Positions 41,001 to 59,633 are shown, numbered from the stretch's first letter. The stretch is 64,000 bases of DNA from Octopus sinensis (GCF_006345805.1 NW_021833232.1:1-64000); one strand, 5' to 3'. Translations and numbers: made by a program. The notes: a model not told the origin generated them from the sequence alone.

Positions 41001-44000
41001 GATACAAACACGTATATATATACACAATGCACATGTATATACATACACACACACACTTCACACGCATACATGTATAATACACACTCACATACATGTATAC
41101 AGTACACAATACAACACGTATATATATACACAATGCACATGTATATACATACACACACACACTTCACACGCATACATGTATATACACACTCACATACATG
41201 TATACAGTACACAATACAAACACGTATATATACACAATGCACATGTATATACATACACACACACACTTCACACGCATACATGTATATACACACTCACATA
41301 CATGTATACAGTACACAATATAAACACGTATATATATACACAATGCACATGTATATACATACACACACACACTTCACACACATACTGTATATACACACTC
41401 ACATACATGTATACAGTACACAATACAAACACGTAATATATACACAATGCACATGTATATACATACACACACACACTTCACACGCATACATGTATATACA
41501 CAACACATACATGTATACAGTACACAATACACAAACACACAGTATATATATACACAATGCACATCTATATACATACAAACACACACTTCACACGCATACA
41601 TGTATATACACACTCACATACATGTATACAGTACACAATACAAACACGTATATATATACAAAATGCACATGTACATACATACACACACACACTTCACACA
41701 CATACATGTATATACACACTCACATATGTATACAGTACACAATACAAACACGTATATATATACACAATGAACATGTATATACATAGACACAACACTTCAC
41801 ACGCATACATGTATATACACACTCACATACATGTATACAGTACACAATACAAACACGTATATATATACACAATGCACATGTATATACAACACACACACAC
41901 ATTCACACGCATACATGTATATACACACTCACATACATGTATACAGTACACAATACAAACACATATATATATACACAATGCACATGTATATACATACACA
42001 CACACACTTCACACGCATACATGTATATACACACTCACATACATGTATACAGTACACAATACAAACACGTATATATATACACAATGCACATGTATATACA
42101 TACACACACACACTTCACACGCATACATGTATAACACACTCACATACATGTATACAGTACACAATACAAACACGTAATATATACACAATGCACATGTATA
42201 TACATACACACACACACATTCACACGCATACATGTATATACACACTCACATACATGTATACAGTACACAATACAAACACGTATATATATACACAATGCAC
42301 ATGTATATACATACACACAACACTTCACACGCATACATGTATATACACACTCACATACATGTATACAGTACAGAATACAAACACGTATATATATACACAA
42401 TGCACATGTATATACATACACACACACACTTCACACACATACATGTATATACACACTCACATACATGTATACAGTACACAATACAAACACGTATATATAT
42501 ACACAATGCACATGTATATACATACACACACACACTTCACACGCATACATGTATATACACACTCACATACATGTATACAGTACACAATACAAACACGTAT
42601 ATATATACACAATGCACATGTATATACATACACACACACACTTCACACGCATACATGTATAACACACACACCATACATGTATACAGTACACAATACAAAC
42701 ACGTATATATATAACAATGCACATGTATATACATACACACACACACTTCACACGCATACATGTATATACACACACATATATGTATACAGTACACAATACA
42801 AACACGTATATATATACACAATGCACATGTATATACATACACACACGCACTTCACACGCATACATGTATATACACACACACATACATGTATACAGTACAC
42901 AATACAAACACGTATATATATATACAATGCACATGTATATACATACACACACACACACTTCACACGCATACATGTATATACACACACACATACATGTATA
43001 CAGTACACAATACAAACACGTATATATATACACAATGCACATGATATACATACACACACACACTTAACACGCATACATGTATATACACACACACACATGT
43101 ATACAGTACACAATACAAACACGTATATATATACACAATGCACATGTATATACATACACAAACACACTTCACACGCATACATGTATTATACACACACACA
43201 TACATGTATACAGTACACAATACAAACACGTATATATATACACAATGCACATGTATATACATACACACACACACTTCACACGCATACATGTATATACACA
43301 CACACATACATGTATACAGTACACAATACAAACACGTATATATATATACAATGCACATGTATATACATACACACACACACTTCACACGCATACATGTATA
43401 TACACACTCGCATACGTGTATACAGTACACAATACAAACACGTATATATATACACAATGCACATGTATATACATACACACACACACTTCACACGCATACA
43501 TGTATATACACACTCACGTACATGTATACAGTACACAATACAAACACGTATATATATACACAATGCACATGTACATACATACACACACACACTTCACACA
43601 CATACATGTATATACACACTCACATACATGTATACAGTACACAATACAAACACGTATATATATACACAATGCACATGTATATACATACACACACACACAC
43701 TTCACACGCATACATGTATATCAACACTCACGTACATGTATACAGTACACAATACAAACACGTATATATATACACAATGCACATGTACATACATACACAC
43801 ACACACTTCACACACATACATGTATATACTACACACTCACATACATGTATACAGTACACAATACAAACACGTATATATATACACAATGCACATGTATATA
43901 CATACACACACACACTTCACACGCATACATGTATATACACACACTCACATACATGTATACAGTACACAATACAAACACGTATATATATACACACAATGCA

Positions 44001-47000
44001 CATGTATATACATACACACATACACTTCACACACATACATGTATATACACACTCATACATGTATACAGTACACAATACAAACACGTATATATATACACAA
44101 TGCACATGTATATACATACACACACACTTCACACGCATACATGTATATACACACTCACATACATGTATACAGTACACAATACAAACACGTATATATATAC
44201 ACAACGCACATGTATATACTACACACACACACTTCACACACACGCATACATGTATATACACACTCACATACATGTATACAGTACAGAATACAAACACGTA
44301 TATATATACACAATGCACATGTATATACATACACACACACACTTCACACTCACACGCATACATGTATACACACTCACGTACATGTATACAGTACACAATA
44401 CAAACACGTATATATATACACAATGCACATGTATATACATACACACACACACTTCACACACATACATGTATATACACACTCGCATACATGTATACAGTAC
44501 ACAATACAAACACGTATATATATACACAATGCACATGTATATACATACACACACACACTTCACACGCATACATGTATATACACACACACATACATGTATA
44601 CAGTACACAATACAAACACGTATATATATACACAATGCACATCTATATACATACAAACACAGACTTCACACGCATACATGTATATACACACTCACATACA
44701 TGTATACAGTACACAATACAAACACGTATATATATACAAAATGCACATGTACATACATACACACACACACTTCACACACATACATGTATATACACACTCA
44801 CATACATGTATACAGTACACAATACAAACACGTATATATATACACAATGCACATGTATATACATACACACACACACTTCACACGCATACATGTATATACA
44901 CACTCACATACATGTATACAGTACACAATACAAACACGTATATATATACACAATGCACATGTACATACATACACAAACACACTTCACACACATACATGTA
45001 TATACACACTCACATACATGTATACAGTACACAATACAAACACGTATATATATACACAATGCACATGTATATACATACACACACACACTTCACACGCATA
45101 CATGTATATACACACTCACATACATGTATACAGTACACAATACAAACACGTATATATATACACAATGCACATGTACATACATACACACACACACTTCACA
45201 CACATACATGTATATACACACTCACATACATGTATACAGTACACAATACAAACACGTATATATATACACAATGCACATGTATATACATACACACACACAC
45301 TTCACACGCATACATGTATATACACACTCACATACATGTATACAGTACACAATACAAACACGTATATATATACACAATGCACATGTATATACATACACAA
45401 ACACACTTCACACGCATACGTGTATATACACACTCACGTACATGTATACAGTACACAATACAAACACGTATATATATACACAATGCACATGTACATACAT
45501 ATACACACACACTTCACACAATACATGTATATACACACTCACATACATGTATACAGTACACAATACAAACACGTATATATATACACAATGCACATGTATA
45601 TACAACACACACACACTTCACACGCATACATGTATATACACACTCACGTACATGTATACAGTACACAATACAAACACGTATATATATACACAATGCACAT
45701 GTACATACATACAACACACACACTTCACACACATACATGTATATACACACTCACATACATGTATACAGTACACAATACAAACACGTATATATATACACAA
45801 TGCACATGTATATACATACCACACACACTTCACACGCATCCATGTATATACACACTCACATACATGTATACAGTACACAATACAAACACGTATATATATA
45901 CACAATGCACATGTATATACATACACACACACACTCACACACATACAGGTATATACACACTCACATACATGTATACAGTACACAATACAAACACGTATAT
46001 ATATACACAATGCACATGTATATACATACACACACACACTTCACACGCATACATGTATACACCACTCACATACATGTATACAGTACACAATACAAACACG
46101 TATATATATACACAATGCACATGTATATACATACACACACACACTTCACACGCATACATGTATATACACACACACATACATGTATACAGTACACAATACA
46201 AACACGTATATATATACACAATGCACATGTATATACATACACACACACACTTCACACGCATACATGTATATACACACACACATACATGTATACAGTACAC
46301 AATACAAACACGTATATATATACACAATGCACATGTATATACATACACACACGCACTTCACACGCATACATGTATTACACACACACATACATGTATACAG
46401 TACACAATACAAACACGTATATATATACAATGCACATGTATATACATACACACACAACTTCACACGCATACATGTATATACACACTCACATACATGTATA
46501 CAGTACACAATACAAACACGTATATATACACAATGCACATGTATATACATACACACACACACTTCACACGCATCCATGTATATACACACTCACATACATG
46601 TATACAGTACACAATACAAACACGTATATATATACACAATGCACATGTAATACATACACACACACACTTCACACACATACAGGTATATACACACTCACAT
46701 ACATGTATACAGTACACAATACAAACACGATATATATACACAATGCACATGTATATACATACACACACACACTTCACACGCATACATGTATATACACACT
46801 CACATACATGTATACAGTACACAATACAAACACGTATATATATACACAATGCACATGTATAACATACACACACACACTTCACACGCATACATGTATATAC
46901 ACACACACATACATGTATACAGTACACAATACAAAACACTATATATATACACAATGCACATGTATATACATACACACACACACACTTCACACGCATACAT

Positions 47001-50000
47001 GTATATACACACACACATACATGTATACAGTACACAATACAAACACGTATATATATACACAATGCACATGTATATACATAACACACGCACTTCACACGCA
47101 TACATGTATATACACACACACATACATGTATACAGTACACAATACAAACACGTATATATATATACAATGCACATGTATATACATACACACACACACTTCA
47201 CACGCATACATGTATATACACACACACATACATGTATACAGTACACAATACAAACACGATATATATACACAATGCACATGTATATACATACACACACACT
47301 TCACAGCATACATGCATATACACACACACATACATGTATACAGTACACAATACAAACACGTATATATATACACAATGCACACGTATATACATACACAAAC
47401 ACACTTCACACGCATACATGTATATACACACACACATACATGTATACAGTACACAATACAAACACGTATATATATACACAATGCACATGTATATACATAC
47501 ACACACACACTTCACACGCATACATGTATATACACACACACATACATGTATACAGTACACAATACAAACACGTATATATATATACAATGCACATGTATAT
47601 ACATACACACACACACTTCACACGCATACATGTATATACACACTCGCATACGTGTATACAGTACACAATACAAACACGTATATATATACACAATGCACAT
47701 GTATATACATACACACAACACTTCACACGCATACATGTATATACACACTCACGTACATGTATACAGTACAAATACAAACACGTATAATATATACACAATG
47801 CACATGTACATACATACACACACACACTTCACACACATACATGTATATACACACTCACATACATGTATACAGTACACAATACAAACACGTATATATATAC
47901 ACAATGCACATGTATATACATACACACACACCTTTCACACGCATACATGTATATACACACTCACATACATGTATACAGTACACAATACAAACACGTATAT
48001 ATATACACAATGCACATGTATATACATACACACACACACTTCACACGCATACATGTATATACACACTCACGTACATGTATACAGTACACAATACAAACAC
48101 GTATATATATACACAATGCACATGTACATACATACACACACACACTTCACACACATACATGTATATACACACTCACATACATGTATACAGTACACAATAC
48201 AAACACGTATATATATACACAATGCACATGTATATACATACACACACACACTTCACACGCATACATGTATATACACACTCACATACATGTATACAGTACA
48301 CAATACAAACACGTATATATATACACCAATGCACATGTATATACATACAACATACACTTCACACACATACATGTATATACACACTCACATACATGTATAC
48401 AGTACACAATAAAACACGTATATATACACAATGCACAGTATATACATACACACACACTTCACACGCATACATGTATATACACACTCACATACATGTATAC
48501 AGTACACAATACAAACACGTATATATATACACAATGCACATGTATATACATACACACACACACTTCACACGCATACATGTATATACACACTCACATACAT
48601 GTATACAGTACACAATACAAACACGTATATATATACACAATGCACATGTATATACATACACACACACACTTCACACGCATACATGTATATACACACTCAC
48701 GTACATGTATACAGTACACAATACAAACACGTATATATATACACAATGCACATGTATATACATACACACACACACTTCACACACATACATGTATATACAC
48801 ACTCGCATACATGTATACAGTACACAATACAAACACGTATATATATACACAATGCACATGTATATACATACACACACACACTTCACATGCATACATGTAT
48901 ATACACACACACATACATGTATACAGTACACAATACAAACACGTATATATATATACAATGCACATGTATATACATACACACACACACTTCACACACATAC
49001 ATGTATATACACACTCGCATACATGTATACAGTACACAATACAAACACGTATATATATACACAATGCACATGTATATACATACACACACACACTTCACAT
49101 GCATACATGTATATACACACACACATACATGTATACAGTACACAATACAAACACGTATATATATATACAATGCACATGTATATACATACACACACACACT
49201 TCACACGCATACATGTATATACACACTCGCATACATGTATACAGTACACAATACAAACACGTATTATATACACAATGCACATGTATATACATACACACAC
49301 ACACACTTCACACACATACATGTATATACACACTCACATACATGTATACAGTACACAATACAAACACGTATATATATACACAATGCACATTGTATATACA
49401 ACACACACACACTTCACACGCATACATGTATATACACACACACATACATGTATACAGTACACAATACAAACACGTATATATATACACAATGCACATGTAT
49501 ATACATACACACACACACTTCACACGCATACATGTATATACACACACACATACATGTATACAGTACACAATACAAACACGTATATATATACACAATGCAC
49601 ATGTATATACATACACACACGCACTTCACACGCATACATGTATATACACACACACATACATGTATACAGTACACAATAACAACACGTATATATATACACA
49701 TGCACATGTATATACATACACACACACACTTCACACGCATACATGTATATACACACACACATACATGTATACAGTACACAATACAAACACGTATATATAT
49801 ACACAATGCACAGTATATACATACACAAACACACTTCACACGCATACATGTATATACACACACACATACATGTATACAGTACACAATACAAACACATATA
49901 TATACACACAATGCACATGTATATACATACACACACAACTTCACACGCATACATGTATATACACACACACATACATGTATACAGTACACAATACAAACAC

Positions 50001-53000
50001 GTATATATATATACAATGCACATGTATATACATACACACACACACTTCACACGCATACATGTATATACACACTCGCATACGTGTATACAGTACACAATAC
50101 AAACACGTATATATATACACAATGCACATGTATATACATACACACACACACTTCACACGCATACATGTATATACACACTCAGTAATACATGTATACAGTA
50201 CACAATACAAAACACGTATATATACACAATGCACATGTACATACATACACACACACACTTCACACACATACATGTATATACACACTCACATACATGTATA
50301 CAGTACACAATACAAACACGTATATATATACACAATGCACATGTATATACATACACACACACACTTCACACGCATACATGTATATACACACTCACGTACA
50401 TGTATACAGTACACAATACAACACGTATATATACACAATGCACAGTACATACATACACACACACACACACACATACATGTATATACACACTCACATACAT
50501 GTATACAGTACAAATACAAACACGTATATATATACACAATGCAATGTTACTGATACATACACATACACACTTCACACGCATACACGCATACATGTTCACT
50601 ACACACTCACATAATGTATACAGTACACAATACAAACACGTATAATATACACAATGCACATGTATATACACACACACATACACTTCACACACATACATGT
50701 ATATACACACTCACATACATGTATACAGTACACAATACAAACACGTATATAATACACAATGCACATGTATATACATACACACACACTTCACACGCTACAT
50801 TATACATATACACACTCACATACATGTATACAGTACACAATACAAACACGTATATATATACACAATGCACATGTATATACATACACACACACACTTCACA
50901 CGCATACATGTATATACACACTCACATACATGTATACAGTACACAATACAAACACGTATATATACACAATGCACATGTATATACATACACACACACACTT
51001 CACACGCATACATGTATATACACACTCACGTACATGTATACAGTACACCATACAAACACGTATTATATACACAATGCACATGTATATACATACACACACA
51101 CACTTCACACACATACATGTATATACACACTCGCATACATGTATACAGTACACAATACAAACACGTATATATATACACAATGCACATGATATACATACAC
51201 ACACACACTTCACATGCATACATGTATATATTACACCACACATACAGTATACAGTACACAATACAAACACGTATATATATATACAATGCACATGTATATA
51301 CATACACACACACACTTCACAGCATTACATGTATATACACACTCGCATACATGTATACAGTACACAATACAAACACGTATATATATACACAATGCACATG
51401 TATATACAAACACACACACATTTCACACACATACATGTATATACACACTCACATACATGTATACAGTACACAATACAAACACGTATATATATACACAATG
51501 CACATGTATATACATACACACACACACTTCACACGCATACATGTATATACACACTCACATACATGTATACAGTACACAATACAAACACGTATATATATAC
51601 ACAATGCACATGTATATACATACACACACACACTTCACACGCATACATGTATATACACACTCACATACATGTATACAGTACACAATACAAACACTATATA
51701 TACACAATGCACATGTATATACATTACACACACACACCACTTCACACGCATACATGTATATACACACTCACGTACATGTATACAGTACACAATACAAACA
51801 CGTATATATATCACAATGCACATGTATATACATACACACACACACTTCACACACATACATGTATATACACACTCGCATACATGTATACAGTACACAATAC
51901 AAACACGTATATTATACCCAATGCACATGTATATACATACACACACACACTTCACATGCATACATGTATATACACACCACATACATGTATACAGTACACA
52001 ATACAAACACGTATATATATACACAATGCACATGTAATATACATACACACACACACTTCACACGCATACATGTATATACAACACTCGCATACATGTATAC
52101 AGTACACAATACAAACACGTTATATATACACAATGCACATGTATATACATACACACACACACTTCACATGCATACATGTATATACACACCCCCATACATG
52201 TATACAGTACACAATACAAACCTATATATAATACAATGCACATGTAATACATACACACACACACTTCCACACGCATACATGTATATACACACTCGCATAC
52301 ATGTATACAGTACACAATACAAACACGTATATATATACACAATGCACATGTATATACCAAACACACACACACTTCACACACATACATGTATATACACACT
52401 CACTACATGTATACGTACACAATACAAACACGTATATATATACACAATGCACATGTATACATACACACACACACTTCACACGCATACATGTATATACACA
52501 CTCACATACATGTATACAGTACACAATACAAACACGTATATATATACACAATGCACATGTATATAATACATACACCCACACTTCACACGCATACATGTAT
52601 ATACACACTCACATACATGTATACAGTACACAATACAAACACGTATATATATACACAATGCACATGTATATACATAACACACACACACTTCACACACATA
52701 CATGTATATACACACTCACATACATGCATACAGTACCCAATACAACACGTATATATATACACAATGCACATGTATATACATACACACACACACTTCACAC
52801 ACATACATGTAATACACACTCACATACATGTATACAGTACACAATACAAACACGTATTATATACACAATGCACATGTATATACATACACCAAACACACTT
52901 CACACGCATACATGTATATACACACTTACATACATGTATACAGTACACAATACAAACACGTATATATATACACAATGCACATGTATATAATACACACACA

Positions 53001-54830
53001 CACTTCACACGCATACATGTATATACACACTCACATACATGTATACAGTACACAATCAAACACGTACATATATACACAATGCGCATGTATATACATACAC
53101 ACACACACTTCACACGCATACATGTATATACACACTCACATACATGTATACAGTACACAATACAAACACGTATATATATACACAATGCACATGTATATAC
53201 CTACACACACACAATTCACACGCATACATGTATTACACCACTCACATACATGTATACAGTACACAATACAAACACGTATATATATACACAATGCACATGT
53301 ATATACATACACACACACACTTCACACGCATACATGTATACACACTCACATACATGTATACAGTACACAATACAAACACGTATATATATACACAATGCAC
53401 ATGTATATACATACACACACACGCTTCACACGCATACATGTATATACACACTCACATACATGTATACAGTACACAATACAAACAGTATATATATACACAA
53501 TGCACATGTATATACATACACACACACACTTCACACACATACATGTATATACACACTCACATACATGTATACAGTACACAATAAAACACTATATATATAT
53601 ACAATGCACATGTATATACATACACACACACACTTCACACGCATACATGTATATACACACTCACATACATGTATACAGTACACAATACAAACATGTATAT
53701 ATATACACAATGCACATGTATATACATACACACACACACTTCACACACATACATGTATATAACACACACACATACATGTATACAATGCACAATACAAACA
53801 CGTATATATATACACAATGCGCATGTAATACATACACACACACACTCACACGCATACATGTATATACACACTCACATACATGTATACAGTACACAATACA
53901 AACAAGTATATATATATACACACTGCACATGTATATACATACACACACACACTTCACACGCAACATGTATATACACACTCACATACATGTATACAGTACA
54001 CAATACAAACACGTATATATATACACAATGCACATGTATATACATACACACACACACTTCACACGCATACATGTATATACACACTCACATACATGTATAC
54101 AGTACACAATACAAACACGTATATATACACAATGCACATGTATATACATACACACACACACTTCACACGCATACATGTATATACACACTCACATACATGT
54201 ATACAACACAATACCAAACACGTTTATATATACACAATGCACATGTAATACATAACACACACACTTCACACACATACATGTATATACACACTCACATACA
54301 TGTATACAGTACACAATACAAACACGTATATTATACACAATGCACATGTATATACATACACACACACACTTCACACGCATTACATGTATATACACACTCA
54401 CATACATGTACATACACACAAAAACACGTATATATATACACAATGCACATGTATATACATACACACACACACTTCACACGCATACATGTATATACACACT
54501 CACATACATGTATACAGTACACAATACAAACACGTATATATATACACAATGCACATGTATATACATACACACACACACTTCACACACATACTTGTATATA
54601 CACACTCACATACATGTATACAGTACACAATACAAACACGTATATATATACACAATGCACATGTATATACATACACACACACACTTCACACACATACATG
54701 TATATACACACTCACATACATGTATACAGTACACAATACAAACACGTATATATATACACAATGCACATGTATATACATACACACACACACTTCACACGCA
54801 TACATGTATATACACACTCACATACATGTA
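38060..54830 (+). repeat. 106-bp satellite array, ~16.8 kb, roughly 150-160 monomers
   Basis: Monomer AATACAAACACGTATATATATACACAATGCACATGTATATACATACACACACACACTTCACACGCATACATGTATATACACACTCACATACATGTATACAGTACAC. The 106-nt spacing is also visible in ORF starts (44692, 44798, 44904...). Confidence 0.97.
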
Positions 54831-56048
54831 CATGCACATACATATATACACTCCCACATGTATATACAACACACACATATATGTGCATACACATGATACA
54901 TATGTATACATGTGTATACATGCACATGCATACGTGTATACACCCACACACATATGTATACACACAGACATATATGTATACACACACAGTCAGACAGACA
55001 CACACACACACATGCATACACACACATGTAATACACATACATATATACAATACACGCATACATGTATATACACACACAGAGTACTTGTACATCTATACAC
55101 AATACACACATGTTCATACATATATACATATACAAATATACATACATATACATACATACATACATACATACATACATACATACATACATACATCATACAT
55201 ACATACATACATACATACATACATACATACATACATACATACATGCATACATTCGTACATATATACATACATACATACATACATACATATATGCATACAT
55301 ACACACACATACATACATACATACATACATACATCATACATACATACATCATACATACATACATACATACATACATACATACATACATCATACATACATA
55401 CATCATACATACATACATACATACATACATACATACATACATACATGCATGCATACATTCGTACATACATACATACATACATACACACACACATACATAC
55501 ATACATGCATACATACATACATATACACACACACACACGTCTATCTAGATCTTCTCCTCCTAATGAGGTCCCTAAATCCCTTCTTCCAGCTGATCCCTTT
55601 TGTTGAGTGGATTTAACTCTGCTGGGTCCCTGTTTTATAATATTTTCACATTGGTTGGACTGGAGTGGCGTGAACAGTGGCGGGTTGGGGTACAGTGTAA
55701 AGTGATGGTGGTGGTGGTGGTGGTGGTGACTATTGTGAAGAGGATGTGAAGATGGTGATGATGAAGATGATGCTAATGATAATGATGATGATGAGGAGGA
55801 GGAGGAGGAGGTGGTGGAGGATAATGATGATGAGTAGGTGGGAGGAGAATGCTGATGATGATGACTACATCAGTGGTGGTTGTGGTGGTGGTTGTGGTGG
55901 TGAAGGTGACTGGGGTGGCGGTGGTAGTAGAGACAATTGATGTTGATGATGATAATGATGATGATGATGGTGAAAAATAATGACAAATATCAATAATAGA
56001 GACATAGTAATAGTAAAGATTAGGATTAAAGATGGTGGACGATATAGA

Positions 56049-56081
<33 letters not shown>

Positions 56082-56129
56082 AAGAGAGAGAGAGAGAGAG
56101 GGGGAGAGAGAGATGAGGACAGTAGACAG

Positions 56130-57160
56130 TTATGGACAAATGATTGAAGACAGAAGGTTGAAGACATAAAACGAAATATAGAAGATTAAAAGCAAAAGAC
56201 AATAGGAAACTAAAGTCAACTGATAGAAGACTAAAGGCAGATGACAAAAGACTGAAAATGGAAGACTAAAGGCAGATGACTTAAAGACAAAAGACTGAAG
56301 GCTACAGGTTGAAGATACAATAGAAAATTAAAGACAGAAGATAGATGATAGAAGATAGAAGATAGGAGACTAAAGACAGAAGATAGAAGGTTAAAGACAG
56401 AAGATAGGAGACTAAAGACAGAAGATAGAAGGTTAAAGACAGAAGATAGAATATTAAAGATAGAAGATAGAAGATTAAAGATAGAAGATAGAAGATTAAA
56501 GATAGAAGATAGGAGACTAAAGACAGAAGATAGAAGGTTAAAGACAGAAGATAGAATATTAAAGACAGAAGATAGAAGATTAAAGATAGAAGATAGAAGA
56601 TTAAAGATAGAAGATAGGAGACTAAAGACAGAAGATAGAAGGTTAAAGACAGAAAAAATTAGACTAAAGAGAAAAGAAGTCTAAAGGCAGAAGATTTAAA
56701 AACTAAAGATTGAAGATTAAAGGCAGAAGATTAAAGACAAAAGACTGAAGACTACAGGTTGAAGATACAATAGAAAATTCAAGACAGAAGATAGAATATT
56801 AAAGACAGAAGATAGAAGGTTAAAGATAGAAGATAGGAGACTAAAGACAGAAGATAGAAGGTTAAAGACAGAAAAATTTAGACTAAAGAGAAAAGAAGAC
56901 TAAAGGCAGAAGATTTAAAAACTAAAGATTGAAGACTAAAGGCAGAAGATTAAAGACAAATGATTGAAGACTACAGATTGAAGATACAATAGAAAATTAA
57001 AGATAGAAGATAGAAGGTTAAAGACAGAAAAATTTAGACTAAAGAGAAAAGAAGACTAAAGGCAGAAGATTTAAAAACAAAAGATTGAAGACTAAAGGCA
57101 GAAGATTAAAGACAAATGATTGAAATCTAAAAACAGAAGACGAAAAATAGAAGATGGAAC
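56130..57160 (+). repeat. Purine-rich heptamer satellite (GATAGAA/GATTAAA/GACAGAA) with ~140-220-bp higher-order blocks
   Basis: The block agactaaagagaaaagaag.ctaaaggcagaagatttaaaaac occurs at ~56660, 56880 and 57036. Confidence 0.85.
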
Positions 57161-57379
57161 TTAAACAGAAAGCAATAAAAAAAATCTGATGTTAGAGGCA
57201 TGGTTGTTTTAATAGCGTTATAGCCCCTGCCTCACCCCCAGGCAAAGCAATGTACTGGGGTCTCTACATACTCAAACCCAGCTTAGATGGGTCAGAACTG
57301 AACCTTCTAGAGTTGTGGTTCTCCCCCACTACCAACTGCCCAGTGTGTCTTCAGAGAAAACTAGTCCCAGGAAGGCATA

Positions 57380-57700
57380 AGACATGATTGAAGCGATACA
57401 TCAAAGATAATGGATGACAAATGATTAAAGACAGGTGCCAAACAAAGAGACATGATAGATGGTTGAAGCAATACATCAAAGATAATGGATGACAAATGAC
57501 TGAGGACATACATCAAAGATAATGAATGATATATGATTAAAGACATATCAAATATAATAGATGACAGATGATTGAAACCATACATCAAAGATAGTGAATG
57601 ATATATGATTGAAGACATGTCAAATATAATGGATGACAGATGATTGAAACCATACATCAAAGATAATGGATGACAGATGACTAAAGACAGGTTTCAGACG
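57380..57700 (+). repeat. Minisatellite built on ATACATCAAAGATAATGGATGACAGATGATTGAA
   Basis: Five to six diverged copies. Confidence 0.7.
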
Positions 57701-57945
57701 AAGAGACATGACTGATGATTATAGATAGATGATGCCAGATGAAAACTAAAGACAGACAATTGCAGACACTCATTTTGAGAATGTATATCAGATGAAGATA
57801 CCAGACAGACGATTGATGCGAGAGAGAGATGCAAGACAGATGACTGAAGACAGATGTCGGACAAAGACTAACAAAGAGAAAAGTAAGGGGACTGACAGTA
57901 GAACATTTAAAGAATGCTAAGGATTAAAGACTGAGATGATGATAT

Positions 57946-57980
<35 letters not shown>

Positions 57981-58083
57981 GTGATGGAGATGGTGATAGT
58001 GATGATGATGATGATGATGATGATGGTGGCGGTGGTGATGATGATGAGGATGATGATGATGATGATATTGGTGATGATGATAG

Positions 58084-58117
<34 letters not shown>

Positions 58118-58119
58118 AG

Positions 58120-58162
<43 letters not shown>

Positions 58163-58592
58163 AGTGATGATGATGATGAAGATGATGGTGATGATGGTGA
58201 TGATGGTGATGATGATGATGGTGATGATGATGGATGTTGTGGTTGTAGTAGTGTTAATAGTGGTGATGATGATGATGGTCATGGTGGTAGTCATGATTGA
58301 AGTAGTGGTGGTGATGATGCTGATGATGATAAAGGCAATGGCAGTGATGATGATGATGATGATGGCACTGATGGCCATGATGATGTCAGCAGTGGAGATG
58401 TGCTGCTGCTGAAGAGGTTGATGATGATGATGATGATGGACATCATCATCATCATCGTGGTGGTGGTAGTGGTGGTGGTGGTGGTGGATAGTAGTGACGA
58501 TGATAAAGGGGTGGGAATGGCGATGATGATGAAGGTGATGACAATGAAGATGGCGATGATAGTGATGGTAATGGTGATGATGACAACAACAC

Positions 58593-58627
<35 letters not shown>

Positions 58628-58899
58628 GTGATGAAAGGGAGATATTTAAAGGTCAACAATCCTGGGGGATGAGTGGGGGGGACAGGTGGCAGGGGTGGTG
58701 GAAAGCGTAGAATATGTTTTTCCTTTCTTGCAAATGTTGTTTTGGTGGGGGTGAGGTGTAGGAGGAGGATGTACAAGTGTGAGGCGTGTGTACACACGTG
58801 TGTGTGTGTGTGCACGCATGTGTGTGTGCACGCATGTGTGTGTGTGTGTGTGCATGTGAATATCTGTGTGTGTGTGCATGTATGTCTGTGTGTGAGTGT

Positions 58900-59460
58900 A
58901 TAAGTGTGTGTGTGTGTGTGTTTACATGCTTGTCAGTATCTGCATGTGTGTGTATGTGTATGTGTTTGTGTGTATGAACACGTGTTTGTGCATGCATGTG
59001 TGTGTGTGTGTGTGTGTGTGCTATTCAGAAAGTGGTGTGTGTGTGTATGTATATATCTGTTTGCATGTGTGTGTATGCTCTTTGTGCATGTGCTGTGTGT
59101 CTGTGTGTACATGTATATGAATGTGTGTGTGCGTATGTGCATGTGTGTGTGTGTCTGTGTGTATGTGTGTGTGTGTGTGTGCTATTCAGAAAGTGGTGTG
59201 TGTGTGTATATATCTGTTTGCATGTGTGTGTGCATGTGCTGTGTGATGTGCTGTGTGTTTGTGTGTACATGTATATGAATGTGTGTATGTGTGTGTATGT
59301 GCATGTGTGTGTCTGTGTGTATGTGTGTGTGTGTGTGCTATTCAGAAAGTGGTGTGTGTGTGTGTGTGTATATCTGTTTGCATGTGTGTGTATGCTTGTG
59401 TGTGCATGTGCTGTGTGTTTGTGTGTACATGTATATGAATGTGTGTGTATGTGTGTCTGT
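58900..59460 (+). repeat. ~160-bp TG-rich tandem repeat, three copies
   Basis: gctattcagaaagtggtgtgtg occurs at ~59020, 59180 and 59337. Confidence 0.85.
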
Positions 59461-59571
59461 GTCACTCTGAAAGTGTTCTCTGTAATAATATGGTTTGTTG
59501 GGAGCATTCTAGTAAACACAGAATTTAAGGGTGCCAGCAGCAGCAGTAGCAGCAGCAGTAGCAGTAGTAGC

Positions 59572-59633
<62 letters not shown>

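Noticed and set aside
38242-55616. Very long ORFs (up to 2193 aa) rich in H, T, Y and I
   Set aside because: They are translations of the stop-free 106-bp satellite in all frames, with no protein-like composition or splice context.
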